DNA of 64,000 nt from an uncultured Gammaproteobacteria bacterium (GCA_964496095.1 CAZBWU010000001.1:185474-249473); one strand, 5' to 3'; positions 29,646 through 39,596 are shown, numbered from the stretch's first letter. Made by a program: numbers and translations. Notes: generated by a model not told the origin, from the letters alone.

Positions 29646-29675
29646 AAAAGTTTGCCACCTGTCTTGATTAACCCT
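29646..29675. repeat. Cassette-boundary direct repeat copy D (AAAAGTTTGCCACCTGTCTTGATTAACCCT)
   Basis: 98 nt beyond the start codon of the minus-strand NHL gene, same orientation as copies A-C. Confidence 0.8.
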
Positions 29676-29795
29676 ATAACAGCAAAAAATTGAACTCTTT
29701 TATTTTTCTTATAATCTGTTAAACTTACTGAGTACGCGCTTACTTATTTGGGAATACTAAACTGCATTTTAGTATTATCATTTTTTATTTCATAT

Positions 29796-30176
29796 ATGGC
29801 AAAAAATAAAGTCGGTTATGTCGATGGATTTGTATTGGTTGTGCCAAAAAACAAGCTGGCTCAGTATCGCAAAATGGCAAAAGGCGGATCTAAAGTTTGG
29901 TTAAAATATGGCGCGCTTGGTTATAAAGAATGTATGATTGATGATGCTAAGCCAGAACATGTTATGTTTACCTTTTTAAAAATGGTAAAAGCTAAGCCAA
30001 ATGAAACAGTATGGTTCTCGTATATAGAATATAAAAATAAAAAACATCGTAATCAAGTAAATGCGCGCGTGATGAAGGATCCATTTATGAAATCCGATAA
30101 TTCTGATATGACAAATATGCCATTTGATTTGAAACGCATGGCGTACGGTGGGTTTTCAGTTGTGGTAAGCGACTAA
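29796..30176 (+). CDS. DUF1428 (YbaA-like) family protein
   Basis: 126 aa from ATG 29796; conserved pattern YVDGFVLVVP...GALGYKEC..DD...MPFDLKRMAYGGF as in E. coli YbaA-type proteins. Confidence 0.6.
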   Translation: MAKNKVGYVDGFVLVVPKNKLAQYRKMAKGGSKVWLKYGALGYKECMIDDAKPEHVMFTFLKMVKAKPNETVWFSYIEYKNKKHRNQVNARVMKDPFMKSDNSDMTNMPFDLKRMAYGGFSVVVSD

Positions 30177-30234
30177 ATAGCCTAATTTAAATTCAAAAAT
30201 ATAAGCTACGAAAAAATTTACCAATAAAGAGGCG

Positions 30235-30774
30235 ATGGATGTTCATAAAGTTTACTTTAAAGTTTTTTATTATAATTATATGAAGGAAAATTTTAATCTT
30301 AAAACATGGGGAGAAAACCATAAAGTCATAGTCATAATATTAATTTTGGCTATTGTTGTCATCGGATCGAAGGTTATAAATAAAGATTACCGACAGTCTG
30401 TTTCTATTGTTTCAACTGAAGAAAAAAATAGCACTTCCACTCCTAAGACCGAACTATTACCTACGCAAGATTGGGTTAAAATTATTAGTTTAGATGCAGA
30501 AGCAAATAAGCAAAGTGAAATTTTCCATTTAGCGGGCGGCGAACAAAAGCTTGTTTATAAAGCAAGCGGGGGAAAATATTTATTGTGTTACATATATATT
30601 GTACCCAAAAATCAATCAATAGATTTAAATGGCGGTTTCCCTGAAGTCAAAATTGATGTGACAAGCGCTTCGGAGGTTTTTATAAAAAAGAACTCGGGAG
30701 ATTATTATTTGGATATTAAAGTTGTTAACGGAACTTGCGGGGCTGAATTACAAGAAATTAGACATGATAAGTAG
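30235..30774 (+). CDS. Hypothetical membrane-anchored protein
   Basis: 179 aa; N-terminal TM helix (VIVIILILAIVVIGS), no recognisable domain. Confidence 0.45.
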   Translation: MDVHKVYFKVFYYNYMKENFNLKTWGENHKVIVIILILAIVVIGSKVINKDYRQSVSIVSTEEKNSTSTPKTELLPTQDWVKIISLDAEANKQSEIFHLAGGEQKLVYKASGGKYLLCYIYIVPKNQSIDLNGGFPEVKIDVTSASEVFIKKNSGDYYLDIKVVNGTCGAELQEIRHDK

Positions 30775-30803
30775 GCAGTTAATACAAGCTAAAATATAAA
30801 TAT

Positions 30804-31667
30804 ATGAAACCGGCTGATTTAAAAACCAGGATTTTTCTTGATGGAGGGGATCCTCAGGAAACAAAGGATATAGTAGCTAAGCTTGGCTGGCTTGATGGCC
30901 AGACTACCAACCCGACGCTTATTTCAAAAAACCCGGAAGCTCAAAAAAAACTTGCCTCTGGTCTGAAATTTTCAACTAATGAAATATTAAATTTTTATCA
31001 TCAAGTTGTAGAGAGTATTTCGGCTGTGGTGCCTAAAGGTTCAGTTTCGGTTGAGGTCTATGCAGACAAAAATACCACAGCTAGAGAAATGCTAGAACAG
31101 GGTAAAAAAATGTATACTTGGATTCCTAACGCGCATATCAAGTTGCCAATTACTGGGGCAGGTCTAGAAACGGCCGAAGAAATGATTAAAGAAGGAATGA
31201 GAGTTAATATGACATTATGTTTTTCTCAAGAGCAGGCCGGCGCAGTCTATACCGCCACACAAGGGGCATTGCCTGGTCAAGTATTTTTATCGCCATTTGT
31301 GGGCAGGCTTGATGATACCAGTGAAAACGGTATGTCTTTGATAGAAAATATTTTGCGATTGTATAAAGATAGCGACCATCATGTGGATGTGCTTACTGCC
31401 AGTGTACGAAGCAAAGAACATTTTTTGCACGCCTTGCAAGTTGGTTCGGATATTATCACAGCGCCATACAAATTATTATCAGACTGGGCAGAAGGCGGAC
31501 AGGTTTTTCCGGCAGATGATTTTGTCTATCAACCAAACGGCCTCAAGCCAATTGATTATAAAGAACTAGATTTGAGTAAACCGTGGCAGTCTTTTGATAT
31601 TAGTCACCCCTTGACCACCAAAGGTCTGGAGAGGTTTGCGTCTGACTGGAATTCATTAATAGCTTAA
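30804..31667 (+). CDS. Transaldolase / fructose-6-phosphate aldolase family protein
   Basis: 287 aa; IFLDGGDPQETK...GQTTNPTLI and catalytic-Lys region KLPITGAGLETAEEM. Confidence 0.75.
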   Translation: MKPADLKTRIFLDGGDPQETKDIVAKLGWLDGQTTNPTLISKNPEAQKKLASGLKFSTNEILNFYHQVVESISAVVPKGSVSVEVYADKNTTAREMLEQGKKMYTWIPNAHIKLPITGAGLETAEEMIKEGMRVNMTLCFSQEQAGAVYTATQGALPGQVFLSPFVGRLDDTSENGMSLIENILRLYKDSDHHVDVLTASVRSKEHFLHALQVGSDIITAPYKLLSDWAEGGQVFPADDFVYQPNGLKPIDYKELDLSKPWQSFDISHPLTTKGLERFASDWNSLIA

Positions 31668-31686
31668 TTTATTTATATTTAAAAAT

Positions 31687-32295
31687 ATGAATACAGATTT
31701 TTCTTTTGTCTCCAAACATTACGCCGCTAGAGATCATGCCAAAATGCAGGAAGTGTTAATGAACCCAGAGGGAGTCGGACCTTCTATCCATTATTATATG
31801 ATCCGCGGAGGAAGCGATCAGCGCAATATTACTGTCTGGGAGCCGGGGACCATTAGCGACGAATATATAAAGACTTACGGACATTATCATATTGGCCAAC
31901 TTGATGAGACCTATTGGATATTATTTGGCGAAGGCATTGCCTTAAAACAAAAAATGGCAGTAGGGGAAGATGGAAAATCTTTGCCTGATGTGATTGAAGA
32001 GTTTTTGGCTATTCCGGTTAAGGCTGGAGACAGTGTCTATATGCCACCGGGTTATGGGCATTTGGTAGTTAATGTTGGTAGTACTTATTTTGTGACTGCG
32101 GATAACAGTCCAGTAAATTTTGATGAAGCTAATCCTGTGAGTATGCCCGGACATGCTGATTATGAAATTGTGAAAAAAATGCGCGGGTTCGCATATTATG
32201 TGGTGGAACACAATGGCAAACCAGCCTTAAAAAAGAATCCCTTGTATACCAAGATTCTCAAAGAAGAGTTAGCTGGGCTACCTGTAATTTCTTAA
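31687..32295 (+). CDS. Cupin-fold protein, putative cupin-type glucose-6-phosphate isomerase
   Basis: 202 aa; metal-binding cupin motifs TYGHYH ... GE ... YMPPGYGH; adjacent to transaldolase. Confidence 0.45.
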   Translation: MNTDFSFVSKHYAARDHAKMQEVLMNPEGVGPSIHYYMIRGGSDQRNITVWEPGTISDEYIKTYGHYHIGQLDETYWILFGEGIALKQKMAVGEDGKSLPDVIEEFLAIPVKAGDSVYMPPGYGHLVVNVGSTYFVTADNSPVNFDEANPVSMPGHADYEIVKKMRGFAYYVVEHNGKPALKKNPLYTKILKEELAGLPVIS

Positions 32296-32297
32296 AA

Positions 32298-34118
32298 TTA
32301 AACGCTAAGACCAAGTCTGCTAGCGCGCAAAGCATTAAAAATTACTAGCACGTCAATCACTTCTTGCAGGAGCGCGCCTAGTAGCGGTGGCACATAGCCA
32401 AAGGCAGCGCCAATCATCAGGATAATACTTAAGCCAATACCAAACCAAATACTTTCCAAAGCAATGCGGATAGTTTTTTTGGCTAGAGAAATTATAAAGG
32501 TGACTGAAGAAATGTCTCCGCCTAAGAAGACGATGTCAGCGGCTTCTGAGGCAGCGGTGTGTTCTTCGTTGCTAAATACTAGACCCACATCGGCAATGGC
32601 TAGCGCCGGCGCGTCGTTGATACCATCGCCGACCATTGCTACTACACTGCCTGATTTTTTTAAGTTCTCTACACCGATTTTTTTATCTTCTGGGGACAAG
32701 CCTGCTTGCACCGTTATCATACCGCCAGCCTCGCCAAGTTGAGCAACTATTTTTTCTGCATTTTCCTGACGGTCGCCGGTGAAAATAAATAAAGACAGTT
32801 TTAATTTTTTTAGAGCGCTGATAATGCCGGCAGAATCGTCTTTTAATTTATCTTCAAATTCAAATCGAGCAATTAGTCTATTTTGGTCGTGAAGTTCAAT
32901 GGCGTTGGTATGATGATTTTTGGACATTTTGGCCAACGAGTATTGGTGTCCTTCGATCACGGCTGAAATTCCAGAGCCAATTTTTTCATCTACTTTTTCG
33001 GCAATCATGTGAGGCGCGCCGATTTCTTTGGCGCCAGCGACAATAGCTTTGGCCAGAGGATGTAGAGAATTGCGCTCGATAGCTTCGGCAATGCTATATA
33101 TTTTTTTAAGATCAAAACTTTTATCAAATATTTCTACATTGCTCACAAGCGGTCGGCCAAGAGTAATAGTACCGGTTTTGTCTAGGACTACAGCCGTCAC
33201 TCTAGATAATATTTCTAAACTGGATAATTTTTTGGTCAAGATTCGGTTTTTGGCAGCGGAGTTCATGCCACCAAATAAGGCGATAGGTGTAGCTAGGATT
33301 AGCGGGCAAGGTGTAGCAACCACAAGCACTGCCAAAACTCGTTCGAGGCTGTGGCTCATCATAAATCCCCCCAGGGCTATGACAGCGGTGATAATAGTAA
33401 ATATTGTACTGTACCGGTCGGCCAAGCGAATGAGGGGCGCTTTTTCAGTCTGCGCTTTAGTGACCATGTCGATAATTTTTCTATAGGTTGAATCCCGGTC
33501 TGATTTTGTGACACGAAGCGCCAAAATATTTCCCATGTTAATAGTGCCACTACGAATCGGGTCGCCGGTCATTTTTTCTACGGTGTATGGTTCACCAGTC
33601 AGGGATGATTCATCAAGTATGGCTTCTTCAGAAATCAAGACGCCATCAAGCGGCACCACTTCTCCTTTTCTTACGACAATTTCTTCGCCAACATCTACTG
33701 TCTCAATGGCGCGACGACTGTCAATTTTTCCTTTGTTCCACAAAGTCACTTCGTTGGGTATGCGTTCGGTCAGAGCGGTGAGTGATTGTTTGGCTTTGGC
33801 CATGCCGTATTTTTCTAGGGTTTGTCCGCCGGAAAGCATGAAGACAATTATCAAAGAAACCAAAAATTGGCCGCTAATCAAACTAACGATAATGGCCAAG
33901 ATGGCGATATAGTCTAGGGCGAAATGTTTGTTTTTCAGAGCTAGGGCTGTTTCTTTTAATAAATCAAAACTGCCAATGGCGACAATAAGTCCTGCCCACC
34001 AGGCGCTGATAGTGGGTAGGTGGAAAAAATATAACAAAAAATTATAGACCACAATTCCTAGTAATACCAAGGCGGGGATTTGGAAAAAACCGACTAGTTT
34101 GGCAATTGATTTGAGCAT
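32298..34118 (-). CDS. P1B-type heavy-metal translocating P-type ATPase (6-TM, no N-terminal metal-binding domain)
   Basis: 606 aa; TGEP, phosphorylation motif DKTGTIT, hinge GDGINDAPAL, TPC in TM (P1B-4-like Co/Zn subgroup architecture). Confidence 0.8.
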   Translation of the reverse strand: MLKSIAKLVGFFQIPALVLLGIVVYNFLLYFFHLPTISAWWAGLIVAIGSFDLLKETALALKNKHFALDYIAILAIIVSLISGQFLVSLIIVFMLSGGQTLEKYGMAKAKQSLTALTERIPNEVTLWNKGKIDSRRAIETVDVGEEIVVRKGEVVPLDGVLISEEAILDESSLTGEPYTVEKMTGDPIRSGTINMGNILALRVTKSDRDSTYRKIIDMVTKAQTEKAPLIRLADRYSTIFTIITAVIALGGFMMSHSLERVLAVLVVATPCPLILATPIALFGGMNSAAKNRILTKKLSSLEILSRVTAVVLDKTGTITLGRPLVSNVEIFDKSFDLKKIYSIAEAIERNSLHPLAKAIVAGAKEIGAPHMIAEKVDEKIGSGISAVIEGHQYSLAKMSKNHHTNAIELHDQNRLIARFEFEDKLKDDSAGIISALKKLKLSLFIFTGDRQENAEKIVAQLGEAGGMITVQAGLSPEDKKIGVENLKKSGSVVAMVGDGINDAPALAIADVGLVFSNEEHTAASEAADIVFLGGDISSVTFIISLAKKTIRIALESIWFGIGLSIILMIGAAFGYVPPLLGALLQEVIDVLVIFNALRASRLGLSV

Positions 34119-34344
34119 AGGGCGTCTTTTTTGATTAACATATTATCAGCTTATTTTACTCGCATGCTTGTTTGTTGTCTAATTGAGGGTTGTTTTAAAC
34201 TTTAATTTGTTATATAACTAAAATTATATAAACAAGATCGAGGGGTTGTTTTAAGGTATTTTATGATTAATTTTAGTCTATGTATTGATAAAGAATCTGT
34301 TGATTTTTTTGAAGTTTATTTTTTGTATTAAAATCAAAAGTGGT

Positions 34345-35724
34345 ATGAAGAAACTTATAATATATCTTGATCAAAATTTTATTAGTAATATAGCAAAATT
34401 GAAAACATCTACTCAGAATACAGTTCTTAACCAAAAGCTTCAAGGAGTTTTTGAGATGATAAAAAACGGGGTGAATGAAGAGAAATTTGTAGTTCCAGAT
34501 AGCTTTATTCAGCATATGGAGACTGCAAAAATAGAAAACAATTTGGAGTTGATTGATTTGATATACGATCATTTAAAGTATCTTGGTCAAATTACTTTCT
34601 TACAGCCCTGGGAGATTGAAGATAGGCAGTTTTACGATGCTTTACTATCCTATTGTGGAAAACAAAAGCAAGGTGAAGAATCCTGGAAAGCTGCATTTAA
34701 CGAGAATCCAGATAAAAGAATGGAAAATTTTGACATTACTGTAAAGATGCCGAATATAGATTTTGATTTTAATACGAAACAGAAACTTCAAGAAATAAGA
34801 GATACTGAGCAGGAGTATGAAGTCCAATATCTAAGAGAGCTTGAAGTGGCGCGCACTAGCTATAAAGAAAATCTTCGTACTGAACACTCCTATACGTTAA
34901 GATATTACGGTGTTACTATTGAAGAAGCTGAAAAATTTATTGATTCTGACGAATTTGCAAAAATACCTTATTTAAATATCTATTCTCGTTTATGGGCCAA
35001 AAATATTTCTAAAGAGGGTAAAAAAGAAATGGGTGAAGGCGATTTTAACGATATACAAATGCTTTCGGCTTACTTACCATATTGTGATGTCTTGGCAACA
35101 GACAAGTATATGAAATCGCTAGTTGAAACATTGGGATTGGATAAGAAATATAATTGCAGTATCTTTTCAATGAAAACTGAGCAGTTGGATGATCTGATTT
35201 CTTTTCTAAAGAAAGAAATAGAAGGTAGAAAGCCAGCAAATCATAATCTATTTTCAGTTGTATGTTACTCAGAAGACGGGGAAAATGTTTATTCTTTTGA
35301 CGTATTAAAAAGACTGGTTACAGCAAAAAATAAGTTTGAGAATACTGGTAAATACTGTGATAAAGAAATAAACACGACAGTTTATTTGGTTAGAGATAAA
35401 GATGAGATTAAGATGCCAGACACGAATGTCATTTTACAGCACGGCCCATCAGTTCTAAATCTAGAACAAAGGAAAGAAATGTTTATCTTTTTATCTAATG
35501 GGATTAAAAATTTATTTAACCCAAATAATGAGGTGGTTGAATCTTTGATAAGGAAAATTCCTAAACATCTAATTGGCGAAGGGGTTGCTTTATTGGAAAA
35601 GAACACTCCATTTGATAAGGAGTTAATTGAATATGATAGTGACTTATTTTATGATATTGAAGCAGCTATAGAAAAGCACGCTGAGCTAACTGAGAAATAT
35701 AAGATAAAGATAATTTATTCTTAG
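34345..35724 (+). CDS. Hypothetical protein in AT-rich islet
   Basis: 460 aa from ATG 34345 (ORF track starts 34285); very AT-rich codon usage unlike neighbours; no recognisable motif. Confidence 0.5.
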   Translation: MKKLIIYLDQNFISNIAKLKTSTQNTVLNQKLQGVFEMIKNGVNEEKFVVPDSFIQHMETAKIENNLELIDLIYDHLKYLGQITFLQPWEIEDRQFYDALLSYCGKQKQGEESWKAAFNENPDKRMENFDITVKMPNIDFDFNTKQKLQEIRDTEQEYEVQYLRELEVARTSYKENLRTEHSYTLRYYGVTIEEAEKFIDSDEFAKIPYLNIYSRLWAKNISKEGKKEMGEGDFNDIQMLSAYLPYCDVLATDKYMKSLVETLGLDKKYNCSIFSMKTEQLDDLISFLKKEIEGRKPANHNLFSVVCYSEDGENVYSFDVLKRLVTAKNKFENTGKYCDKEINTTVYLVRDKDEIKMPDTNVILQHGPSVLNLEQRKEMFIFLSNGIKNLFNPNNEVVESLIRKIPKHLIGEGVALLEKNTPFDKELIEYDSDLFYDIEAAIEKHAELTEKYKIKIIYS

Positions 35725-35828
35725 GTACTGTCTGTGTACTTTAATTTTAAAAAATGTCTATTTGTGATTGATTTGAATTATCCAGATCAAAATAGCAAAC
35801 CAACAATATTTTTGCTATACTGAAAGCT

Positions 35829-36572
35829 ATGAAATACCTAATAATTATATTCACAGTCATAGCCATCGGCCTATATTCCAATTGGGCGTATGGTCGTATC
35901 TATGCCACTATTGGCGAAAAACATTTGCCCAATCCTACTATGCATCAGAAGATAATTTTGCCAGCCCCATCCAAAACTCATGTCAAAAAAATAGTCTATG
36001 TGGCTTTGGGAGATAGTTTGACTGCCGGAGTGGGGGCAAGCGGAGAAGATAAAACGTATCCATATTTATTGGCCAAAATGTTGGCTGAAAAACAAAATGC
36101 ACAAGTGACTTTGATAAATCTTGGTGTGCCTGGAGCAGTGGCAAGTGATGTATTAAAAAACCAAGTGCCACAGGTGGCACAGTTTCATCCAGATATTGTT
36201 TCGGTTGCTATCGGGGTCAACGATATGCACAATCAAGTGTCTGGCAAAATATTTTCTCAGACCATGTCAGAGATTGTTGATAAGCTAAACAGCACCACCA
36301 AACATTTAAATATTATTAACATTCCGTTTATCGGCGGTAGTAATGTATTTTTACCGCCATATAGATTGTATTTTGATTTGCAAACCAAACGTTATAATTC
36401 TTTGTTAAATAAAGCGTTGGTTGGTCGGCAAGCAAATATTATAGACCTGTATTCACTTACTCGTGAAAAAGCCTTTTATAATCAGTTGTATTATTCGGCT
36501 GATGGTTTTCATCCTGGGGATGCTGGGTACGATTTTTGGAGTAAAGCTTTGTATGATTATTTCGATTATTAA
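35829..36572 (+). CDS. SGNH/GDSL hydrolase family protein
   Basis: 247 aa; N-terminal TM/signal, catalytic block VALGDSLTAGVG, GVND, DGFHP. Confidence 0.8.
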   Translation: MKYLIIIFTVIAIGLYSNWAYGRIYATIGEKHLPNPTMHQKIILPAPSKTHVKKIVYVALGDSLTAGVGASGEDKTYPYLLAKMLAEKQNAQVTLINLGVPGAVASDVLKNQVPQVAQFHPDIVSVAIGVNDMHNQVSGKIFSQTMSEIVDKLNSTTKHLNIINIPFIGGSNVFLPPYRLYFDLQTKRYNSLLNKALVGRQANIIDLYSLTREKAFYNQLYYSADGFHPGDAGYDFWSKALYDYFDY

Positions 36573-37677
36573 TGCGATTGCAGAAACTCATATTGTGGAG
36601 GTGGTATTTTTAGTTGCCTTGATATTGTTTATCCGTCCTACCAAAGAATTTACTTTTTTTTCAATCGAAACCACGACCGAACTAAAAGGCTTGGCGATAC
36701 TAATGGTAGTTCTGTCTCACATTGGTTATTTTTTGGTCAGTGATAATCGATTCCTAGTACCTCTATCAAATTATGCGGGTGTGGGTGTGGATTTGTTTTT
36801 GATTTTGTCCGGATATGGACTAGTAGCTACAGCTTTGCGTCGACCATTATCAATTGGCAAGTTTTATCTCAAACGTTTGGCGCGCGTGTATGTGCCGGTA
36901 CTAATTACCGTAGTATTTTTCTTAGCCCTAGATTTTTTTGTATTACACAAAATCTATCCGACCAAAAATATAATACAAAGTCTGTTGGGATTTTTTCCAA
37001 ATGCAGATATCTATGGCGATCTCAATTCACCGCTTTGGTATATTACACCTTTGCTTATTTATTATCTTTTATTTCCAATTATCTTTTGGCGCAGATTTCC
37101 GCTACTGTCGGCTCTGGCGATGGTGATTATCGGTTGGTGGGGTGTGAAGTATGTGGGTGGGTCAAGCAGGTTTTTTGAAGTGGTGTTTAAGTTATATCGC
37201 TATCACTTTGTGGCCTTTCCAGTAGGTATGACTCTGGGCGCGCTGGTTAATAAACCACCAGTATTTATTACGCAGTTGATTGATTGGCTAAAGCCTTATT
37301 TTCAAAAAAAATATGTGGCTTCTATTTGTCGCTGGGCTTTGATTGCGGTAGCTAGCTATATTTTTATGTACATGTATTACCATCCAACGTATGGACAGAG
37401 TTGGAAGAGGGAAGTCGTGGCGAGCCTCATTACCGCTGGAGCAATTATGGTTATATTTTTGTTTAAGAAAATTAATTTTAAAATATTATACTGGTTCGGA
37501 TTATTTTCTTTTGAAATATATTTATTGCATTGGCCATTATTATATAGGTACAATTTTTTGTATGGCAAAATCCCGGCTGGGATAGCCACGATTATTTATC
37601 TAGGATTATTTTTGGGGGTAGGGTATCTGTATAATAGGGGAGTTGGAAGGTTGTTTGGCAAGAAACAGAAAGTTTAA
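36553..37677 (+). CDS. Acyltransferase family 3 (OafA-like) integral membrane protein
   Basis: About 375 aa from ATG 36553 (ORF track start 36463 overlaps the upstream gene by 110 nt); 10+ TM helices. Confidence 0.65.
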   Translation: MIISIINAIAETHIVEVVFLVALILFIRPTKEFTFFSIETTTELKGLAILMVVLSHIGYFLVSDNRFLVPLSNYAGVGVDLFLILSGYGLVATALRRPLSIGKFYLKRLARVYVPVLITVVFFLALDFFVLHKIYPTKNIIQSLLGFFPNADIYGDLNSPLWYITPLLIYYLLFPIIFWRRFPLLSALAMVIIGWWGVKYVGGSSRFFEVVFKLYRYHFVAFPVGMTLGALVNKPPVFITQLIDWLKPYFQKKYVASICRWALIAVASYIFMYMYYHPTYGQSWKREVVASLITAGAIMVIFLFKKINFKILYWFGLFSFEIYLLHWPLLYRYNFLYGKIPAGIATIIYLGLFLGVGYLYNRGVGRLFGKKQKV

Positions 37678-37680
37678 ATA

Positions 37681-37714
37681 AAAACCCCGCCCTTCGTGAA
37701 GAGCGGGGTTTTTA
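37681..37714. terminator. Bidirectional rho-independent terminator
   Basis: AAAACCCCGCCCTTCGTGAAGAGCGGGGTTTTT between convergent genes. Confidence 0.85.
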
Positions 37715-37726
37715 TTTGTATAATTT

Positions 37727-38464
37727 TTATTTTCTCATCATCCGTCCCATTCCTTTAAAAAATCCTTCTGGTTTGTCTTTTAAAGTCATGATATTTATTT
37801 TTGTAGCGCCGACAGTTTTGGCAGTGCTGTCTACTTTACCTGTGGCAATTATAATCTGACCAACAGTGAGATCTCCTAGTGAAGCAGTAGCGCCGTCTTT
37901 GGTGACAGTCGTATTACTGGTACTGTCTACCGTATAAGTTAAAGTTTCAGTTGAGGCTGGGGCATTCATCATGCGACCGCCAAATGGTTTTACTTCCAAT
38001 GTGAGAGAGAATGGGCTAACTGTGAGGATTTTGCCCACGACGTGAGTTTTTTCTTGGCCGTCTGCTTTTTTGTCGCGTAGCATACCCACGCCATCAATTA
38101 TAGTTTTGGCAGTAATGTTAGTGCCGGAGATTGTGCCCATAACACCGATTTTATCGCCTACCTTGATATCTGCTAGGGTCAGAGCTTCGGTATTTGGTCC
38201 AAAACCGCGTGTGATCTTGGCTTTGGTCGTATCTACTGTGTAAGTAGTGCCATCATGGCCTGTAATGGAGAGTGTTGTGCCGTTTATAGCTGCTACTGCC
38301 CCTCCCATTCCCGGTCTGCCGCCTTTAGGGCCATTCTTTGAATTAAAAGAAAATCCAGTATGATTTTTGCCACCCATTGCATGAGCAATAGCGCTACCAG
38401 AGGTAGTAAGCAAGGTGATAACTACAACGGCCGTTAAAATGATATATTTCTTCTTCTTTTGCAT
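37727..38464 (-). CDS. Secreted protein of unknown function with internal tandem repeat
   Basis: 245 aa; signal peptide; two similar segments (TYTVDTTKAKITRG...VGDKIGVMG / LTYTVDSTSNTTVTKDG...VGQIIIATG). Confidence 0.5.
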   Translation of the reverse strand: MQKKKKYIILTAVVVITLLTTSGSAIAHAMGGKNHTGFSFNSKNGPKGGRPGMGGAVAAINGTTLSITGHDGTTYTVDTTKAKITRGFGPNTEALTLADIKVGDKIGVMGTISGTNITAKTIIDGVGMLRDKKADGQEKTHVVGKILTVSPFSLTLEVKPFGGRMMNAPASTETLTYTVDSTSNTTVTKDGATASLGDLTVGQIIIATGKVDSTAKTVGATKINIMTLKDKPEGFFKGMGRMMRK

Positions 38465-38585
38465 AAAATTATGAAGTTAATTTCTGGGCTGGTGGCAGCC
38501 CATAAGTTAATACGTACAAAAAGTCGATAAGGGTGCAAACAAAAAAAGCCTATATTTTAAGGCTTATTAATTGGTAAAGTATTTG

Positions 38586-39203
38586 TTATTTTCTCGGATA
38601 GAAAAACAAGACTAGACTAATAATGGCAGCGAAAAAGCACCAGACAGAAGTAAAATTAACAGCGTAGAAATACCAGGTGATAAGAGAAAAGACTAAGATG
38701 AGTAGAGAGTATAATTTTACTATTGGTTTGCTAGAGGCAGCTCCAGCGCCGATGGTGGCGAGGATATATAAGTATCCAAGTAGGTGAGGGTATGGAGCCA
38801 GGTCGGGATAGTACAAACAGCGATTAACAATTTCCGCAGATTCGGGATTGCGTAAAAAGCTGGCGTAGAAAATAGCTCCTACTACTGTACCTGCAATGCT
38901 GAAAAAAGTGATAATAGTTCGTCTAGCTTTGTGGGTTTCTAGTGACAAGGCTGCTAGTGGTAAATATGTGGGCCAAAAGAATAAGGCAAAGAAAAGAAAT
39001 ACATGAGTGAGCGGGAGGACATATTGCGGATAGCTTTTGAGAGATATCCAGAGCAGGCCTTCAACAAATTGTTGTAAGGCAAAAAATAAAGGCATGGCCA
39101 TCAACGGCCAAGCTTTTTTGTTTTGAGTTTTGATTAATCCGGCAGTACCGACAAGACCGAGAACTGTGCTAGCGGTAAAACTGGCAGTAGCAGAAAAACA
39201 CAT
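38586..39203 (-). CDS. Hypothetical integral membrane protein
   Basis: 205 aa, about 6 predicted TM helices. Confidence 0.5.
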   Translation of the reverse strand: MCFSATASFTASTVLGLVGTAGLIKTQNKKAWPLMAMPLFFALQQFVEGLLWISLKSYPQYVLPLTHVFLFFALFFWPTYLPLAALSLETHKARRTIITFFSIAGTVVGAIFYASFLRNPESAEIVNRCLYYPDLAPYPHLLGYLYILATIGAGAASSKPIVKLYSLLILVFSLITWYFYAVNFTSVWCFFAAIISLVLFFYPRK

Positions 39204-39267
39204 GAGACTGTAATTAGGTGGGTATATTGTAGCTTGTTTGAGGTCTGTTGTCTACGTTAAAAACAAA

Positions 39268-39301
39268 AAATCCCCTGAGTCGAAACTCAAGGGATTTTTT
39301 T
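39268..39301. terminator. Bidirectional rho-independent terminator
   Basis: AAAAAATCCCCTGAGTCGAAACTCAAGGGATTTTTTT. Confidence 0.8.
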
Positions 39302-39314
39302 AATTTGTTTTAGA

Positions 39315-39596
39315 TTATACAACTGCTTCTTTGGCAGCTTTTGCAACGCGGAATTTAACTACAGTCTTAGCTGGGATTGAGATGGTAGCTCCGGTAGCTG
39401 GGTTGCGTCCCTGGCGAGCTTTGCGGTTTACTTTAACTAATTTTCCGAGTCCTGGTAAGATGAACACACCGTTCTTCTTAACTTCCTTGTACGCCATTTC
39501 TGTCATAGCGTCCAAGAATCCACCTACGTCTTTTTTGCTCATGCCCGTTTTATCCGCCATAGCGGCGAGCAAGGCTGATTTTGTTAAACCTGCCAT
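39315..39596 (-). CDS. hup: DNA-binding protein HU
   Basis: 93 aa; canonical HU/IHF fold sequence (GFGKF-like arm, RNPxTG motif: RKARQGRNPATGATISIPA). Confidence 0.9.
   Translation of the reverse strand: MAGLTKSALLAAMADKTGMSKKDVGGFLDAMTEMAYKEVKKNGVFILPGLGKLVKVNRKARQGRNPATGATISIPAKTVVKFRVAKAAKEAVV

Noticed and set aside
23375-29675. Possibility that the 30-nt direct repeats form a CRISPR array
   Set aside because: Spacing is irregular (0.8-2.6 kb), the intervals contain full-size genes, and only 4-5 copies are present. No cas genes are in the window.
36463-36552. Long 5' extension of the acyltransferase-3 ORF overlapping the SGNH hydrolase gene by 110 nt
   Set aside because: An internal ATG at 36553 gives a conventional short overlap with the upstream stop, so the extension is probably not translated.
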